Source: Vicingaceae bacterium (GTDB lineage Bacteria > Bacteroidota > Bacteroidia > Flavobacteriales_E > Vicingaceae). From it: DNA of 24,000 bases. The translations under genes and the position numbers were made by a program. Positions within the stretch are counted from its first letter, which is position 1, and the number at the start of each line of letters is the position of its first letter. Shown here piece after piece: positions 1-8,327 of the stretch. The DNA lies in assembly GCA_965267425.1 (NCBI GenBank), contig OZ253959.1, positions 3,137,836-3,161,835 of the forward strand, read 5' to 3'. The notes beneath the pieces were generated by a model, which was not told the origin of the DNA, did not search any database, and saw only the letters and a list, made by a program, of their open reading frames with translations.

Positions 1-1715
1 CTTTTGTAATCACACCCGTAACCCAAAATCCTACTGGAGGATATTTTACTGGAAATGGAGTAGATAGTACTACTGGAGTGTTCACTCCTATCAATGCCAA
101 CCTTGGTCAAAACATCATATTGTACAAATACACAGATGCTTTTGGATGTTCCAATTTTGCAGAAGATTCAATAAATGTGAACGAAAATCCGGTGGTGTCG
201 TTGGTATTGCTTCAAGATTCAGTTTGTGAAGATGACCCGTCATTTACACTTTCAGGTGGCGTGCCCAGTGCTCCAGGTACAGGAGTATATACAGGAACAG
301 GTGTAGGTCCTACATCTCCTTACGTGTTTTCACCCCCATCAGCCGGACCTGGCGTTCATAACATCACATATGAATATACAGATCTAAATGGGTGTGCGAG
401 TTCTACGACACAACCAATGACTGTTCATGCGCTTCCAACCATTACATTTAACGTATTTGATCAGCATTGTGCCAATGATGACCCATTTTTGTTGGACAAA
501 GCGGTTCCTGCAGGTGGAGTCTATTCAGGTACAGGAGTTGTAAATGGTGACACATTTGATCCAGCACAAACACCCGGACCTGGAACCTATACGATTACTT
601 ACGAATACACGGATCCTGTAACAGGATGTTCAAATACAGAAATTCAATCACTGACATTGGATTCTATCCCAATTATCTTTTTTGCCAATGGAGACCCACC
701 ATTGTCGTCTTCCAGTCCTTACATAATAAAGATTTGTCAAGGTGATTTTGGATATATCGAAGTATTTGCCAACCCCACAGCTGGTTCATTTGACTGGTTT
801 CCAAATGATTTAACTATTTCAGATTCCGGAGCAATTAAAAATGGTTCTCAAATGAAATTGTTGCCAACTGTTACGACAACTTACACAGTTACGGCCTTGG
901 TTGGTAATTGCCAAAATTCAGAAGACATTACTGTGGATGTTATCCCTCCTGCAACAGCAGAAATTCTTGGAGATACAACATACTGTTTTGGAGATAGTAC
1001 TACTTTGACAGCTACCGGTGCATCTTCGTACATATGGAGTACAGGTGATACTACAGAATCCATTGTGATTAATTCAATGTTCTCTGTCAATGATATTTCT
1101 GTAACTGCGAATAGTGAAACCGATGGAAATGGAAATCAATGTAGTTCTTCAGACACCTCTGTTAATGTAACTGTGCATCCAACTCCGTTTATTTCGACAT
1201 CTTTTGATACAACCATTTATGCAGGAGATGAAGCACAACTTGGTGCTTATGGAGGAGTCTCTTATGTATGGGAAGCAAAAGATTCTTCTCATACCGATGA
1301 TTTTGATTGCAAGGATTGTCCAGATCCTATTGTCTCTCCATTGGTTGATAGAAACACAGAAAAATTGACCTATTATGTTATCGGTACAGACACAAACGGA
1401 TGTGTGAATGCAGATAGTGTAGATGTCTTTATAGATGAAAAAATAATTGTATTCGTGCCTACGGCATTTTCACCCAACAAAGATGGCAATAACGACGTAT
1501 TGTATGTTAGAGGCAAGGGTGTTAAATCTATTTTCCTTGAAATTTTCAATCGACGGGGTGAGAAGGTTTTTGAAACTTCTAAAATGTCCAAAGGTTGGGA
1601 TGGAACTTTTGAAGGGAATGATATGAATGCGGAAACGTACGTATATTATTTAACAGTGACTCCTTATGCGGATAAAGCGTTTAAGGAAACCGGGAGTATT
1701 ACGCTCGTGAGATAA
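1..1715 (+). CDS. Cell-surface repeat protein with a T9SS type B C-terminal sorting domain; the 5' end lies outside the window
   Basis: The reading frame is open from nt 3 to the window edge (FVITPVTQNPTGGYFTGNGV...), so the ATG at 78 in the ORF track is internal. The last ~90 aa (FVPTAFSPNKDGNNDVLYVRG...GWDGTFEGN...TYVYYLTV...GSITLVR) match the gliding-motility-associated / T9SS type B CTD signature (CHU_C, TIGR04131-like). Upstream are Ig-like repeats with xYxWSTGDTT motifs. Confidence 0.85.
   Translation, partial: FVITPVTQNPTGGYFTGNGVDSTTGVFTPINANLGQNIILYKYTDAFGCSNFAEDSINVNENPVVSLVLLQDSVCEDDPSFTLSGGVPSAPGTGVYTGTGVGPTSPYVFSPPSAGPGVHNITYEYTDLNGCASSTTQPMTVHALPTITFNVFDQHCANDDPFLLDKAVPAGGVYSGTGVVNGDTFDPAQTPGPGTYTITYEYTDPVTGCSNTEIQSLTLDSIPIIFFANGDPPLSSSSPYIIKICQGDFGYIEVFANPTAGSFDWFPNDLTISDSGAIKNGSQMKLLPTVTTTYTVTALVGNCQNSEDITVDVIPPATAEILGDTTYCFGDSTTLTATGASSYIWSTGDTTESIVINSMFSVNDISVTANSETDGNGNQCSSSDTSVNVTVHPTPFISTSFDTTIYAGDEAQLGAYGGVSYVWEAKDSSHTDDFDCKDCPDPIVSPLVDRNTEKLTYYVIGTDTNGCVNADSVDVFIDEKIIVFVPTAFSPNKDGNNDVLYVRGKGVKSIFLEIFNRRGEKVFETSKMSKGWDGTFEGNDMNAETYVYYLTVTPYADKAFKETGSITLVR
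36..629 (+). repeat. Three tandem ~79-aa protein-level repeats inside the first CDS (about 36-149, 276-395, 513-629)
   Basis: A recurring pattern is read directly from the translation: GG-x-[YF]-[ST]-G-x-G-V ... F-x-P ... GPG-x-[HY]-x-I-T-Y-E-Y-T-D-x-x-G-C. The period is about 237-240 nt. The DNA copies are diverged. Confidence 0.7.
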
Positions 1716-1761
1716 ATTCAAATTAAAGGGCAGTAGAAAGGACATTCAGAACAAGAAAATT

Positions 1762-2820
1762 ATGAAGAGAAACCTATCGATTGTATTGGTGATGCTGTTT
1801 TTGTTGGCAGGTGTGGGATTGGTGAAAGGACAATATATTCACTATTCGCAGTTTTATACAAATTTATATGGTATAAATCCTGCAGCAACAGGAGCATTTC
1901 GTGGTGATTACCGGCTGTTTGCCAATTACAGGCAACAATGGAACTCTATCAATCAACCGTTCCAAACAGTTTTCGCCGCGTATGACATGGGAATAATGAA
2001 ACATAAAGATCCCTCGGGAGTGAAATCTTTTCCGGCATTTGGAATTTCATTTCTTCAGGATCAAACAAATGACCAAAACTTAAAAATTACAGAAATCTTG
2101 GCATCTCTGGCATATAACGTAAGATTGAGCTCAAAGAATTATTTGACTGCTGGTGTGCGTGTAGGATCAGCTAGCCGAAGTTTGAATTTGGCCAATTTTT
2201 CCTGGGATTCACAATACCAGACTACTACTGGTATTTATGATCCAACCGCTCCTACAGGAGAAGATGCTAATAAAGAAAGTGTTAATTACGTACCTATTTC
2301 GGGAGGATTGTTATGGAATTTCAGCAATCCAGATAAATACAGAATGAACATAGGATTAGCTTTAAATCGATTAAACCAACCTGATGCTTCATTTTATCAA
2401 AATGGTAGTGATGTATTAAATCAGCAATTGGCATTAAACATCGGAGGTGAAGTTTTTATTCCAAATAGTGCATTGTCACTCATGCCTGTATTTTTATTGA
2501 TTGATGAAAAAGTTTCGAGCGAAACCACCATTGGTTTAATCGGTAAGTATGCAGTGAGTTTCGATTCCAAATACACAGGGATTAAGAAATCTACTGGAAT
2601 ATCACTTGGTATGTTGTATCGATCACAAGATGCGGTGGTAGCGTTAATTAGAATTGACTTGAGAGGTTCCATTTCTATAGGAGCTTCATACGATTATGAT
2701 ATTTCTGGATTAAAAACAGCCACAGGGAATAAAGGAGCTACCGAATTCATGCTGATTTATTCAGGGTTTATTAAGAAGAAAAGTAAATTACCTCAAAGGG
2801 GTAGTGTAGAATTTTTCTAG
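1762..2820 (+). CDS. PorP/SprF-family type IX secretion outer-membrane protein
   Basis: It has an N-terminal signal peptide (MKRNLSIVLVMLFLLAGVGLVKGQ) followed by QYIHYSQFYTNLYGINPAATG, the characteristic N-terminal motif of the PorP/SprF family (TIGR03519-like). It is ~350 aa, beta-rich, and ends in an aromatic residue (..VEFF). It sits 46 nt downstream of a type B CTD cargo gene, which is the canonical arrangement. Confidence 0.85.
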   Translation: MKRNLSIVLVMLFLLAGVGLVKGQYIHYSQFYTNLYGINPAATGAFRGDYRLFANYRQQWNSINQPFQTVFAAYDMGIMKHKDPSGVKSFPAFGISFLQDQTNDQNLKITEILASLAYNVRLSSKNYLTAGVRVGSASRSLNLANFSWDSQYQTTTGIYDPTAPTGEDANKESVNYVPISGGLLWNFSNPDKYRMNIGLALNRLNQPDASFYQNGSDVLNQQLALNIGGEVFIPNSALSLMPVFLLIDEKVSSETTIGLIGKYAVSFDSKYTGIKKSTGISLGMLYRSQDAVVALIRIDLRGSISIGASYDYDISGLKTATGNKGATEFMLIYSGFIKKKSKLPQRGSVEFF

Positions 2821-2835
2821 AAATAGTTGATCAAA

Positions 2836-3474
2836 ATGAAGATGAAAAAGATATTAAATACACTATTATTTGGATTGTTTGTTTCAGCCATAATTGTAGC
2901 ATGTACAAAAGCTGAAGAAACAACACCAGATCACCCTGCTAATCCTCCTGCATCTTGTAATGATGGAATATTGAACCAGGGAGAATACAAAGTTGATTGT
3001 GGAGGACCTTGTTCGAATTGCAGCAAGTCCGTGTCTATGAAAATTGAAGTCGATAGTATTTGGCTTGCGGATTCTGTGAATACCCGAGGAGGCTGGGAAG
3101 CAGATAAAATATATTTCAGTGATTCCATCTATGATGGCGATTTTTATTTTGCAGCAATAGACAGTCAATTTAATGCACAACATCACTATCGTGGATTGTA
3201 TTTCATTATTGATTCTCTATATCCTGAAGTGAGAGGAATTTATGAATTTCAAGATATTGAAGGATTTTATACTCATTTCATATTGAATCCGGGAACAGCT
3301 GAATTGAGTAGTGGAATCGTAAAAGTTACCAATGCCGATACCGTTAATAAACTTATTTCAGGTTCGTTTGAATTTCATACAGAACCTTTCGGTATTGACA
3401 ATTATAGAGTAGAGATTATAGAAGGTGCCTTTAATGACTTACCATATACAGGTACCTTCGTTGAGGCCAAGTAA
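2836..3474 (+). CDS. Lipoprotein of unknown function (N-terminal 4-Cys module plus a beta-rich domain)
   Basis: The signal peptide has a lipobox-like ...SAIIVAC|TK. The ORF track starts at a TTG (2827), and I prefer the ATG at 2836 (MKMKKILNTLL). It contains a CNDGILNQGEYKVDCGGPCSNC module. The C-terminal part has an ISGSFEF...IEGAFNDLPY pattern, reminiscent of small Bacteroidota lipocalin-like lipoproteins. That family assignment is not secure. Confidence 0.7.
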   Translation: MKMKKILNTLLFGLFVSAIIVACTKAEETTPDHPANPPASCNDGILNQGEYKVDCGGPCSNCSKSVSMKIEVDSIWLADSVNTRGGWEADKIYFSDSIYDGDFYFAAIDSQFNAQHHYRGLYFIIDSLYPEVRGIYEFQDIEGFYTHFILNPGTAELSSGIVKVTNADTVNKLISGSFEFHTEPFGIDNYRVEIIEGAFNDLPYTGTFVEAK

Positions 3475-3545
3475 GTCATTACTGGTCATTTTATTTCCAA
3501 AGGCAAAGGATTATCTTGAGCGCTATCTTGAGAGGAGGAACAGCT

Positions 3546-6500
3546 ATGTTAACTAATTTGAAAATAAGCGCACCGGGATGGACAGCAAGAATTGCTGTGG
3601 TTATTTCCTTATTTCTTATTTCTTCTTTCGCGATAGGACAATTGTCGACAGTAACAACTGCCAACTTATCCATTTGCCCGGGAGGATCAGCAAGTTTATT
3701 AACCACTCCTTCTGGTGGAACATCATATACATACTCTTGGTCACCGGCAGGTTCATTGTCCAATGCAGCCATTGCAAATCCTGTTGCCACACCTACAGTT
3801 ACTACAAAATATTTTATAACCGTTACAGATGTGCCAACATCTGCAACTTTTACTGATTCTGTCACTGTTACTGTGGCTAATGTACCTCCTGCTTTGACAA
3901 TCGTTCCGGATGTTGACACCATATGTGCTGGAGATTCTACCCAGCTTGAGGTTTTTAATTCTCCGGTATGTGGCACAGTTCCTGGATCAACTTGCATTGG
4001 CACATCAAGCACGGGAATTGTTGGAACTGGAACGTTTGGAACATCAGCACAAACGGTTAGTCCCTATTACAAAAGATATCAGGTATTTCCACTATTCACC
4101 ATTGATAACAGGAGTACCAAACATCAAATGATCTACACCAAAGACGAATTGAATGCGGTAGGAATCATTGGACAAAGAACCATTTCTGCAATTGCATATA
4201 ATGTATTAGGCGTTCCCAGTGGATTGACTCCTTACATTGATTTCACTATTAAAATGAAATGTGTTACCGCATCTGCCCTCTCAAGTACATTTGAAACAGG
4301 CATGCAAACTGTTTTTGATCCCAAATCAGTAACCGTTACCAATGGATGGAATGAACACGTTTTTGACAATTCATTTGTTTGGGATGGCACAAGTAATATT
4401 GTAGTAGAAGTCTGCTTTCAAGATGTTGCTACCACCGCTGTCTTCCAGAGTCCAACGGTGGAATGGACTAATGGTGTAGGATTTGGCGCGACAAATACCT
4501 CTACCTCAGGAAGTGCATGTGGCGCCACATTTGGATTTGCATTTGTTCCTCAATCCAGAGTAAATACCAGATTTAGGCATTGCCAAGCAACTCATTCCAG
4601 TGGATTGACATTTAGTTGGACGCCAACGGCCGGACTCAGCAGTGCAATTATCAGCAATCCTCATGCCTTTCCGGGAACATCCACCTCTTATGTGCTAACT
4701 GCCACCGATGCTGGAAATTGTGAATTTATTGATACGGCGGAAATTACTGTGGCTCCCAATTTCAATTTATCCGTAACTGCAGATACCGTATTATGTGGGG
4801 AAGACAGTATTAACTTGGTTGCCACTGATAATGCAGGTGCTGGAGCGACTTATTCATGGACCCCTGCTGCTCTTGTGGCTAACCCTAATGTGGCTTCTAC
4901 CAAAGGTTTGGTGAGTGGAAACTTTAGTTATCTGATCAGTGTCAAGTCCACAGCAGGATGTGAAAAAACAGATAGTACCGTGGTTAGTCTATATCCACCT
5001 GTAGATGTGGAAATTGTAACGCAAGATACATCCATTTGTGCCGGAGACACGTTGCAGCTCGAAAGCACAACGTTAAATGCAAATTGTTATACATCACCGG
5101 GATACGGTTGTCCTTCTCCAACTTCAAGAATTGTGGGAACAGGAGTTGGCGCTTTCAATTTTTGGACGGCGAACCCATTTAATGCAACAGCTAGCCCGTT
5201 TGTAACTTCTCCCGGACATAGAAAACAAATATTGTTTACCAAGGCTGAATTAAATGCTGCTGGCTTGGACGCCAGTACGTCCATTACAGCCATTGCGTTT
5301 GATGTAGCTTCCTTTTCTGGAACTTCAACATTTAATGGTTTTACTGTCAAAATGAATTGTACATCGCTGGATGAATTCCCTCTATTCGGTGGAGTATATG
5401 AAACAGGGTTGACAACTGTGATGAATCCAACTGCCGTGACCATCAATTCAGGATGGGTTGATCTTACATTCACCAGTGCTTTTAACTGGGATGGTGAATC
5501 AAATGTGATCATAGAAGTATGTTGGCAAAATTCAAGTTCATTGGTTACGGGGACTCAACAAGTGGTGAATTATTCCACCCTTTCCAAAAGAATGACCTTG
5601 ACCTCTTTACTAGGATTTGGTGGAGGAGTGGCCTGTGCGGCTGCACCATCAGGTAGTGGATTACAGCGCCCCAATGTAAGATTTAAGACATGCCCGGCTC
5701 CCCCGAATTTGGCATTTAGCTATCAATGGACGCCGACGGTAGGATTAACCGACGATACCATTCCTTCACCTGTCATGAATGGAACCGTGAGCAATAATTA
5801 TGTGCTTACCGTATTTGATGCTTCATCAAATTGTTCAGATACTGATACTGTGGCCATTACTGTTGCACCGAATTTCACGATGAATGCAATGAATGATACG
5901 ACTCTTTGTATTTCAGATTCCTTTAATTTGGCACTTACGCACAACTCTGGACTTCCAGTAACCTATCGATGGACTCCTTCATCCATGATGAATGACTCTA
6001 CATTGGCCGCACCTTTTGCAGTCATTGATAAGAGTTACAATGTTTCCGTTGAAGTTGAATCTAGCCTCGGGTGTATAAAAAGAGATACCGTAGACATTAC
6101 ACTATTAAATCAGGTAGCGTTTGACATTAGTTTAATTGACTCCGTGGCATGTCAAGATGATTCTTCGCAATTTGTGGTAGATCAACATTTGGATAACGGA
6201 ATTGGAGAATCTTCTTTATGCACTGCCTTTAATTCAGCCACCATTGGAACTTCGTCGTCAGCATCGTTTGCGACCAATACAACTCCTTTTTTACATATTA
6301 ATCCAAGTACAAAGAGACAGTATATCATGCGTGCCAGTGAATTAACTGCCGCAGGAATTAATTCAGGGCAATTGTCATCCATTGCCATTAATGTGTTGTT
6401 CCTCGGAAGTACCACTACGTATCAGAACTTTGTCATTAAGATAGGCACAACAACGTTGGATGCGTTTTCTACCACAGCATTCGCCAGTGGGCTTGAGACA

Positions 6501-8327
6501 GTAATGGGACCATCCAATATTGTTATTAACGCGGGCTGGAATACCTTTTTGTTTGATAACCTCTACAACTGGGATGGAAAGTCGAATCTAATCATTGAAT
6601 TGTGTTATGATAATGGTTCCGGAGGTGGATTTGGGGCTTCTTCTTCTGTATACTATTCCAATAAAACATATACATCTACTTTATTTGCAGCGGGTACGGC
6701 TCAATGTGGAATTGCGAATGGTTCTTTGACGTCTCGTAGACCGAATTTCATGTTCAATTATTGCAATTACGTACCAGGTCCATTTGCCTATTCATGGTCA
6801 CCATCCATATTCTTAAGTAATCCAAACATCAAAGAACCTGGGGTTATCCTGGATAGTACCAGAACTTATTATTTGACTTCTACAGATTTGAATTCATTGT
6901 GTACCTATGTTGATAGCATAACATTTGAAGCACGCGATTTCAACATTTTGGCATTAACAGACACTGGCTTGTGTTCAACAATGGATTACCAACTAGAAGT
7001 AGTAACGGATGCTGTAGCGCCTGTCACTTATGAATGGACTCCTTATGCATGGGTATCAGACTCCTCTATAGCAAATCCAGTTTCTGTTGTTTCCAATGGA
7101 TCATTCTATTCGGTGAGAGTTACTGACTCGGCAGGATGTGTTAAATACGATACCGTTGACGTTCAATTATATCCAAACATATTTCCAACTGTGACCCCAG
7201 ATACTACCTGGTGTGTCAATACAGATCTTGTATTGCAGGCTACTGGAGGAGACTTTTATAATTGGAGCCCTTCGAATGGTTTGAGTAATGCCAGTATTCC
7301 AAATCCAACTGCAACCGTTACCATGCCAATTACCTATGTGGTAAATATTTCGAACACATTTGGTTGTACAGGCAGTGATACGGTTACCATTGGCTTGCAT
7401 GATTCGCCTCCTTTGGACTTAGGTCCAGATACTTCATACTGTAATGGCGGTTGGTTAATTCTTGATCCAGGTGATGAATTTGTCTCATACGAATGGCAGG
7501 ACTTATCTACGGATCAAACATTTCTTGTTACCAACGACGGTAATTTCTCCGTGAAAACAGAAGATGAATTCGGGTGTTTCCAAACAGATTCTGTTGAAAT
7601 TGGTATTGCCCCTATTCCAACAACTGACTTTGATTTTAATACTGCGTTGTGCGTTGGAGATTCCTTGTATTTGGATGCTGGGAATGTTGGTTCAACGTAT
7701 TTGTGGTCGACAGGTGAAAATTCACAATTTACCCTGGTCAAAGACAGTGGACTAATCTGGGTGGAAATAGATGATGGAATTTGCGTGGGAAGAGATACCA
7801 CGAGAGTCGTATTAACTGAATACCCGGTTTCTGAACTACCAGAACTTGTAACTTATTGCAATCGCGATAATCCATTTGGTGTGGTTATCAGAGCGGGTGA
7901 TGAACAGTTTAGATATAGATGGTCCAATAACCGTGCTACCAATCAAATCATTGCTGTGGATGATGGTATGTATACGGTGAGTATTACCAAAGATTTGGTT
8001 TGTACCATTCAAGATACAGTAGAGGTTAAATACTATTGTCCGGGAACATTCTTTGTGCCAACGTCTTTTACACCTAATTCGGATGGTGTCAATGATTATT
8101 TTTCCATTGCCGGAACACAAGTAGAAGACTTCTTATTTGAAATTTATGATAGATGGGGGCATGCCATCTTACGTTCTCATGATCCTGATTTTGTGTGGGA
8201 TGGTTATTTTAAGGGAAATCCCGTCCAGGCAGGAACGTATGTTTGGAAATTAACCTATAAAGTCACGGAACTTGATGGGGTAGTTACCGAAAAACAAGAA
8301 TACGGTAACCTACATATCTTGCGCTAA
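3546..8327 (+). CDS. Giant (~1590 aa) cell-surface protein with a T9SS type B C-terminal sorting domain
   Basis: This is a long uninterrupted ORF. The ORF-track start at 3516 is a TTG. The ATG at 3546 is preceded by AGGAGG (3533-3538) and yields a signal peptide (MLTNLKISAPGWTARIAVVISLFLISSFAIGQ). The C-terminus (FFVPTSFTPNSDGVNDYFSIAG...VWDGYFKGN...GTYVWKLTY...GNLHILR) carries the type B CTD signature. The interior has three large modules plus Ig-like xYxW[ST]P / YxWSTG repeats. Confidence 0.85.
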   Translation: MLTNLKISAPGWTARIAVVISLFLISSFAIGQLSTVTTANLSICPGGSASLLTTPSGGTSYTYSWSPAGSLSNAAIANPVATPTVTTKYFITVTDVPTSATFTDSVTVTVANVPPALTIVPDVDTICAGDSTQLEVFNSPVCGTVPGSTCIGTSSTGIVGTGTFGTSAQTVSPYYKRYQVFPLFTIDNRSTKHQMIYTKDELNAVGIIGQRTISAIAYNVLGVPSGLTPYIDFTIKMKCVTASALSSTFETGMQTVFDPKSVTVTNGWNEHVFDNSFVWDGTSNIVVEVCFQDVATTAVFQSPTVEWTNGVGFGATNTSTSGSACGATFGFAFVPQSRVNTRFRHCQATHSSGLTFSWTPTAGLSSAIISNPHAFPGTSTSYVLTATDAGNCEFIDTAEITVAPNFNLSVTADTVLCGEDSINLVATDNAGAGATYSWTPAALVANPNVASTKGLVSGNFSYLISVKSTAGCEKTDSTVVSLYPPVDVEIVTQDTSICAGDTLQLESTTLNANCYTSPGYGCPSPTSRIVGTGVGAFNFWTANPFNATASPFVTSPGHRKQILFTKAELNAAGLDASTSITAIAFDVASFSGTSTFNGFTVKMNCTSLDEFPLFGGVYETGLTTVMNPTAVTINSGWVDLTFTSAFNWDGESNVIIEVCWQNSSSLVTGTQQVVNYSTLSKRMTLTSLLGFGGGVACAAAPSGSGLQRPNVRFKTCPAPPNLAFSYQWTPTVGLTDDTIPSPVMNGTVSNNYVLTVFDASSNCSDTDTVAITVAPNFTMNAMNDTTLCISDSFNLALTHNSGLPVTYRWTPSSMMNDSTLAAPFAVIDKSYNVSVEVESSLGCIKRDTVDITLLNQVAFDISLIDSVACQDDSSQFVVDQHLDNGIGESSLCTAFNSATIGTSSSASFATNTTPFLHINPSTKRQYIMRASELTAAGINSGQLSSIAINVLFLGSTTTYQNFVIKIGTTTLDAFSTTAFASGLETVMGPSNIVINAGWNTFLFDNLYNWDGKSNLIIELCYDNGSGGGFGASSSVYYSNKTYTSTLFAAGTAQCGIANGSLTSRRPNFMFNYCNYVPGPFAYSWSPSIFLSNPNIKEPGVILDSTRTYYLTSTDLNSLCTYVDSITFEARDFNILALTDTGLCSTMDYQLEVVTDAVAPVTYEWTPYAWVSDSSIANPVSVVSNGSFYSVRVTDSAGCVKYDTVDVQLYPNIFPTVTPDTTWCVNTDLVLQATGGDFYNWSPSNGLSNASIPNPTATVTMPITYVVNISNTFGCTGSDTVTIGLHDSPPLDLGPDTSYCNGGWLILDPGDEFVSYEWQDLSTDQTFLVTNDGNFSVKTEDEFGCFQTDSVEIGIAPIPTTDFDFNTALCVGDSLYLDAGNVGSTYLWSTGENSQFTLVKDSGLIWVEIDDGICVGRDTTRVVLTEYPVSELPELVTYCNRDNPFGVVIRAGDEQFRYRWSNNRATNQIIAVDDGMYTVSITKDLVCTIQDTVEVKYYCPGTFFVPTSFTPNSDGVNDYFSIAGTQVEDFLFEIYDRWGHAILRSHDPDFVWDGYFKGNPVQAGTYVWKLTYKVTELDGVVTEKQEYGNLHILR
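3918..7205 (+). repeat. Three tandem diverged protein modules inside the giant CDS: 3918-5030 (371 aa), 5031-6143 (371 aa) and 6144-7205 (~354 aa)
   Basis: The modules align by eye. Each starts with xxC[AQ][GD]D..Q[LF]. Next comes a Cys-framed ~180-205-aa domain (3969-4583, 5085-5693, 6219-6764) with conserved K[HR]Q..[YFM]T[KR].EL[NT]A[AV]G[IL], I[ST]AIA[YFI][ND]V, F[TV]IK[MI], GW[NV]...F...[FY].WDG.SN[ILV][IV][IV]E[VL]C and R.N.[RM]F..C. It is followed by two Ig-like repeats ([FY]S[WY].W[TS]P... and TY.WTP...). The similarity is at protein level only. Confidence 0.8.

Noticed and set aside
3491-4012. A 173-aa minus-strand ORF antisense to the 5' end of the giant cargo gene. Similar nested or antisense ORFs in the track include 881-1090, 1373-1591, 2421-2672, 2884-3186, 5087-5512, 6182-6415, 7167-7400, 7514-7801, 7836-8120, 8606-8890, 9586-9780, 11271-11504, 11664-11945, 13350-13640, 14519-14791, 17523-17795 and 21468-21823.
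   Set aside because: All lie fully inside longer ORFs on the other strand or in another frame, and those longer ORFs have clear family signatures. Their translations are low-complexity or mirror-composition sequences with no recognisable motifs. AT-poor codon positions in long genes commonly leave such shadow ORFs open.
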